Source of the DNA: a virus
DNA: 64,000 nt
Direction: 5' to 3' (one strand)
Virus record (IMG/VR): IMGVR_UViG_3300042197_002946
Location: 32,001 to 96,000 of that record
Both the position numbers and the translations under genes were made by a program. This document shows positions 18,901 through 24,900 of the stretch, in pieces (position 1 is the first letter of the stretch; the number at the start of each line of letters is the position of its first letter). The notes under the pieces were generated by a model. It saw only the letters and a program-made list of their open reading frames with translations, was not told the DNA's origin and did no database searches.

Positions 18901-21900
18901 TGGCGGAAGTCCTCCAGTTCCTCCGAGTAGTCCTCCTTCTGGCGACACTGAGGCTATGATTCAACGATATATGATGGAGCTTGAAACTGCTGCAAAAGCA
19001 ACTAAGCTACAAACATATCAGACAGAAAGACTAGCCGGAGCTACTGCTTCTGAAGCTAAGGCACGAGCAGACGCAGCCGCTTTCGCAGCCTATCAAGCAT
19101 TAGCTCAACAAAGACTAACAACAGCAACTACTGAAGAAGCTTCAGCAATCAATGAGGCTAGAAGTAGAATGGCTGCTACCAGAGGAGGAGCTACGGTTAC
19201 TGCTCAAGAATTTACCCCAGTAGCGCAATCTTTGAGCAGAGGAGGAGCCCCGGCACCAGACACTACAGACTACAGAAAACTAGCTCAAGACAATATTCAA
19301 GCATTGCAAGAAATGAATACTAGCGCATTAGCTTGGGCTGGAGGATCAGTCCTTGCCATTAAGGGACTAAGTGGGTTGGTAGGATCTTCCACTGCTTTAG
19401 GTAGCGCACTAGATGGAGTTTCCAATAGTGTTGGCAATACCCAAGCATTATTTTTAGGATTTAATAAGGTTCTTCGATTTGCATCAGAGATAGGAGTATC
19501 CGAAGAAGCATCCAAGAAAATAGAGGACTTTTCTGCCAAATTAATAGATGCTGGTCGTATGGTAAATAATTGGGCAGCTAAATTACCGGATGGACTATTT
19601 AAAAATTTAGCATCCAAATTAGGGGGAGGTATAGATTTGGGTGGAGGTCAATTAGGTAAACTAGGAGCTAAATTACCACAAGTTATTAGCAGTGTTACAT
19701 CATCGCTAACGGCTATTATGCCAACAGCTCAATTAGTTGTTGGTGGTCTCAATGCGGCAGCACAAGCGTTTATTGCTTATACTGATGCTATTCGAAATAA
19801 TAAAGTAGAGAATGCTACCAAAGCTTTGGATACTAGTTTAAAAAATGCCAGCAGTGCTTTGGATCTATATAATAAAAATACAGTAGATAATGCTAATCAG
19901 CTATCAGTAATGAATGCTGAGATTGGTAGAGCAGCCGCAGCAGCTAAAACTTTAGCAGACATAGATAAAACCAATCAAAAATGGAGTACTACTAATCTTA
20001 TTGGCGAAACACTAGCGATGGGTGGAGGAGGAGCAGAAAGCCGAGCCCAACGAGCAGAAATTTTGGACAAGAAAGGAACTATGGCATACGTTGGGTCACT
20101 ATTAGATTTTACAGGAGGTACTCAACAAAGATATTCCCAAGAATTAGCTCCACAGCAAGCTATCAAATCTTCTGAACAGTTCGCCAAGGTTGCCACTCTT
20201 ATTCAGCAGCAAAATCAAGCTAGATTTAAGGCTGGTGAAAGTTCATCAGATATTATGAATAGTCCTGAATGGGCACAACAAGCAGAAGTGATCGCAAGAG
20301 CTAATGCTGCTACAGAAGAAAGGCTACGATTAATAGATGCTGATATAAGCTTGTCTAAATCAGCTAGAGAAGCACGAAAGCAAGAATTGATACAATTCGC
20401 AGCAGCGGGAGCGGTAAGAAGTCAAGAAATTCAAGCCATTAGACAGGCAAATAATGACAGAGCCAATCAGGAGAGCGGAGCCCTCCTATACAGCTTAGAG
20501 CGAATGTTGAACAATATGGAACAGAGCATCAGTTCTGTAACATATTCATTAAGTAAGCTTGCCGATCAAACAGATTTACTTAGATCGTCTATGACGGGAG
20601 AGGCCAAAATAGGGTCTTCAAGAGTGGATGCTATTAATGTTTTACAAAATCCCAATGTATCTAGCGATGTAGAAAGAGCACAAGCATCTAAGACAGCTTC
20701 TCAGTTTTTTGGTGCTCAAGGGAAAGATATTGAGGGATTATTAAATTTTGGTCCTAAATTAGAAGAAACTATTTTGTCTTCCATCAATAGAACAGTTAAA
20801 GAAGATCCCAATGCTGGAAGCGGCAAAATCGAGGCTAGAATATCACAGAATTTGGAAAAAGAATTAGGCAAGCTAAATATTGATGCTGGACTTAGACAAG
20901 TTGTATCTAAACAAATGGCAGGATCCATCACTGACTCTAGAACAAAGGGTGATGATAAAACAGACTTTAAGACTCTTTTCAGTGAAACGGCAGCATTTGG
21001 AAAGATTGTTCAGTCAACTAAGAGAGCACAAGAAGCTGCTGTGAAAGCTTTAGAATTCTATCAGCAGTCAGTAAATAACTATGCTCAGTCAATGAATGAG
21101 ATGGTTAGTTTACAAATATCGTCTAACGAAAAATTTAGAAGAGCATCAGATATTCGTGCTCGTGGAGAGTTAGATCTAGCTAAAACTTTAGGAAAGAGCG
21201 TTTCATTCGAAAAATCAAAACAAGTGGCACAAGCTGGAGTTATCAGTCAAGCAGGCACAGCTGACCCAACAGCAATCTTTAATAATATAGGTCGTTTGGA
21301 ACAAGTTAGACAAAGTCAACAAGGAGCCTTAAACTCAGCAGTTCAAGGAGGACCACGTAATCAAAAAGATATAATAGCTTTCAATAGAGAGTTAGCTTCT
21401 ACAACAATGGGACTTAGAGAAAACTATGCCGCACTCAAGGGATTAGCAGAGAGTACGGAAGTAGCGCAAGCTGCTATGACCAAAATTGGAGAATTAAAAG
21501 CTAAAAATGAAGCAGGTCTTAATATTCTAGAAAGATTCGTAACATCTTCTCCAAAAGATCAAGCTAAATTAAGTGGCGCTTTTGAACGTTTAGATCGTAA
21601 TATGAATGGTCAAATTAATAATATGTGGGATTCTGCAAGAGTGCAAGAAGCATACAATGAAGCGCTACAAAGTGGCGCTAGTATGCAAGAAGCCCAAGAT
21701 GCAGCAGATTCGGCAGCTGCACAAGATAGAGGGGATACTCTAGAAGCGTTCAGAATGTTGGCTCCTATGCTTGGAGAAAATCAAAACGAATTAAAAGCCA
21801 ATATGCTTGAATCTATGATGAGAGAGTCTGGTACTGAAACCAGCCCAATGTTTAGTAAGGTTATCGAAGGACTCAGAAATCCCGAGCAAGATCCCCAGAT

Positions 21901-24900
21901 GGCAGAAGCTATCAATCAATACAAACAGGCTATCGAATTGCAGTCTCAAGCTAATCGTTACTTAGCTATGTTAGACGGTAGATTAGCTATAGACATTGGA
22001 CAGCAGTCTCAAGCAGCCTTTACTAACGCACTAAATGGTGTTGGTCAAGCTTTCGCTAATACCAATACAGCAGACATGGCTAAGGGTATTCAGCAATTAA
22101 ACGATCATCTCAGAGGCGGAGTTACCAAAGTTACAAATGTTGGCGGAGGTGGAGCCCTGCCTTTTGCTAGAGGAGGTAAGGTTGAATACCGAGCTGTTGG
22201 TGGGTCTATCTTCCAACCAAAAGGAACTGATACAGTACCAGCTATGTTAACTCCGGGAGAATTCGTAGTCAATAAGAGAGCCGCTTCTGCTAACAAAGGA
22301 ATTTTAACAGCTATTAATAATGGATACTCTAAAGGAGGTAGTGTCAAATATCTTGCTGAAGGCGGCTGGGTATCTGATATGTTAACTCCTGAAACCGATA
22401 GGTTCGGAGACGCTAAACCAGGGGAACTATATACCAAATGGGATGATTTTTCTAAGTTTGCCTCTGGCAATGATGTAAAAGCCAATATAGAAAAAATTAA
22501 AGCTAATAGTAAAGATATTTACTTTTATAAACCACACTCTTACCCAACATTCTCTGCTAGAGAAACTGAGAGTTCAGAATTGTTGTCTCAATTGAAATCT
22601 GGCATGGATGGAGATAATTCCTTTTTTGGTTTTCTTCCAGACTTTAGTATGAGTTTACTGAATACCGCAGGGAATATTATTGGAGCAACAGCACAAGGAG
22701 TTGGCACAGGGGCTGTGGGAGGCGCTGCTATGGCAGCTAATCCGGCTCAATTTGTATCTGCTACTGCTGCTGGTAATTTTTCACAAGGACAAAATACTGC
22801 CGGAGCTTTGTTGGGTAATGGTAAATTAGGAACAGCTGCGAGCTGGATATGGGAAGCTATGAAGTTTGTCCCAGGTTTAGGTGGAGTTGTTTCTGGTATA
22901 GACGCTTTTAAGAAATTAGTTTTTGATTATGATCTGATCGGTGGAGCACTAGAAGCCGTTAATGCTGTGTTCTCTCTAATACCATTTCCTGGAGCTGGCT
23001 TGCTTGGCAAGGGAATAAGTAAAGGATTGGGATGGATGATGAAAATTTTTGGAAAAGGTAGAGTAGCCACAATGGGTAAAACCTGGATACCTAAATTAAT
23101 AGAAGCCACTGGCGCAACAAGACTAATGAATACAGTAAAAGGATGGCTAGGTCAGGGGCCTGCTAATTTAGTGGAAAAATTACTACCAGATGTTGTTAAG
23201 AAAAAGCTTGGTCTAAATTTAGCTGGGGCTGGTAAATCTGGCGCAACGTTGGCTAGAGAAGGCATTGAACAAATGTCTCCTGATGTTTTGGATGCCTATA
23301 AAGCATATAGAAAAGCAGGAATGGCGGCTGATGAAGCTTTGGCTAGAGCTAAAGGCAGACTGAATTATGTGGGATCATCAACTAGCGGTATGCAAGCTTC
23401 GGCAGCACAAGCAGCAGCTAGAAATGCTAGCGATGCTGGGCTTGCTGGTAGAGCTACAATTAATGATATGGCCGCTAGGGCTGTCACAGGATCAGCATAC
23501 GGAGCCGGGGCTATGGGTACCGCCGCCGCTGGTACTGCATATATGCAGGGTCGAACACCCAGCGCAACCATGAGCGGGGCAGATAAACTGAAAAGTATCA
23601 CAGAAGCTCTTGGATTCAAGATCCCAGATCAGTTCAGAAGTCCAGAGACAACATCAAAAATCTTTGATGAAAATTTAGATAATTTAGCTCTGTCGGAGGC
23701 ACAGATGCAGTTATCTGCTGTTGAAATGTGGATCAAGGCTATAGATGAGGCTAATAAATGGTCAGAGACCAATAAGCCACCCAAAGCAAAGGCTTCGTAT
23801 TCCAATGGTTCTTATAATTTTACATCTGAACCAGTAAATAAAAAAGAGTATATGTATGCCACTATTGGAGAAGCACTAAGTACAGATGCTATCATGGGTG
23901 ATTTGAAACCCAATATAATTAAATTCTACAAGAGCGGTAATCCTACTTTATCTAATAGTCCAGACACCAATCAAATCAGCGCAGCTGCCGAGAGTTTCAT
24001 CAAGTCACAAGGTCGAGATTTTGATCAGTTATTAAGTACAGATAACTATAATAGATTTCAAGACATTAACAGTATCAAAGACTATTTACAAGATTACTAT
24101 GATAGTTTAAGAGAAATTAACACTGCAACCACGACACCAGAAAAATATAACTCCGCACACTGGAGTCCTGCTCAACCATCTAAACAAAAAGAAGGCAGAA
24201 TCTCCTCTATCTTAGGGTCTTTGCAGGCCGGTACTAGATATAGCTATGATTTTAAGAAATCTGAATTAGCCAAAGTCAGTGATTTCCAATGGGGGTCATC
24301 CGCACCAGCACCCGCTAAGGATGGAGAAAAACCCGCAGAATCCAAAGATACTGGAGATGTATTAACCGTTTATGGTACCGAAATGAGGGCGATTTGGTCA
24401 AATATTAGAGATGCTGAAGATGAAACTATCAAAGAGGCCATAAAGAATAAAAATATATGGGATGGAAAAGCAGAGAACGCTTTTAGAATTTACAAACAGG
24501 GATCATCTCCTGATCAATATGATCCTCTACCATGGACAACCAATCCGTCTTTAATTACAGCTGGAATGAGACAATTAGCTCAACAGTCTACGGAAGATAA
24601 TATAGCAAGTACTATAGGATTAAAAATGGGAACAGTGTCTCGTTTTGATAAAGTCATCGACCTGCCGAAAGCAAAAAGAGAACTACCAGTAAGCTTTAGC
24701 TACCAACCCTTCCAACAAATCCCACTATTAGATCCAGCGACTACAGATATTGATAGTGCTGTTAATCAATTTTTACCAGGAGCAACTTCAACAGAACCTA
24801 GTCCCACCCCTGTTCCTGGTGTGTTTATTAAATACAGAGCTACCGAAGCGGCAGACCCAACCCTCAGCCCATTCTCATCAATGGCTCCTGGGGCAGATAA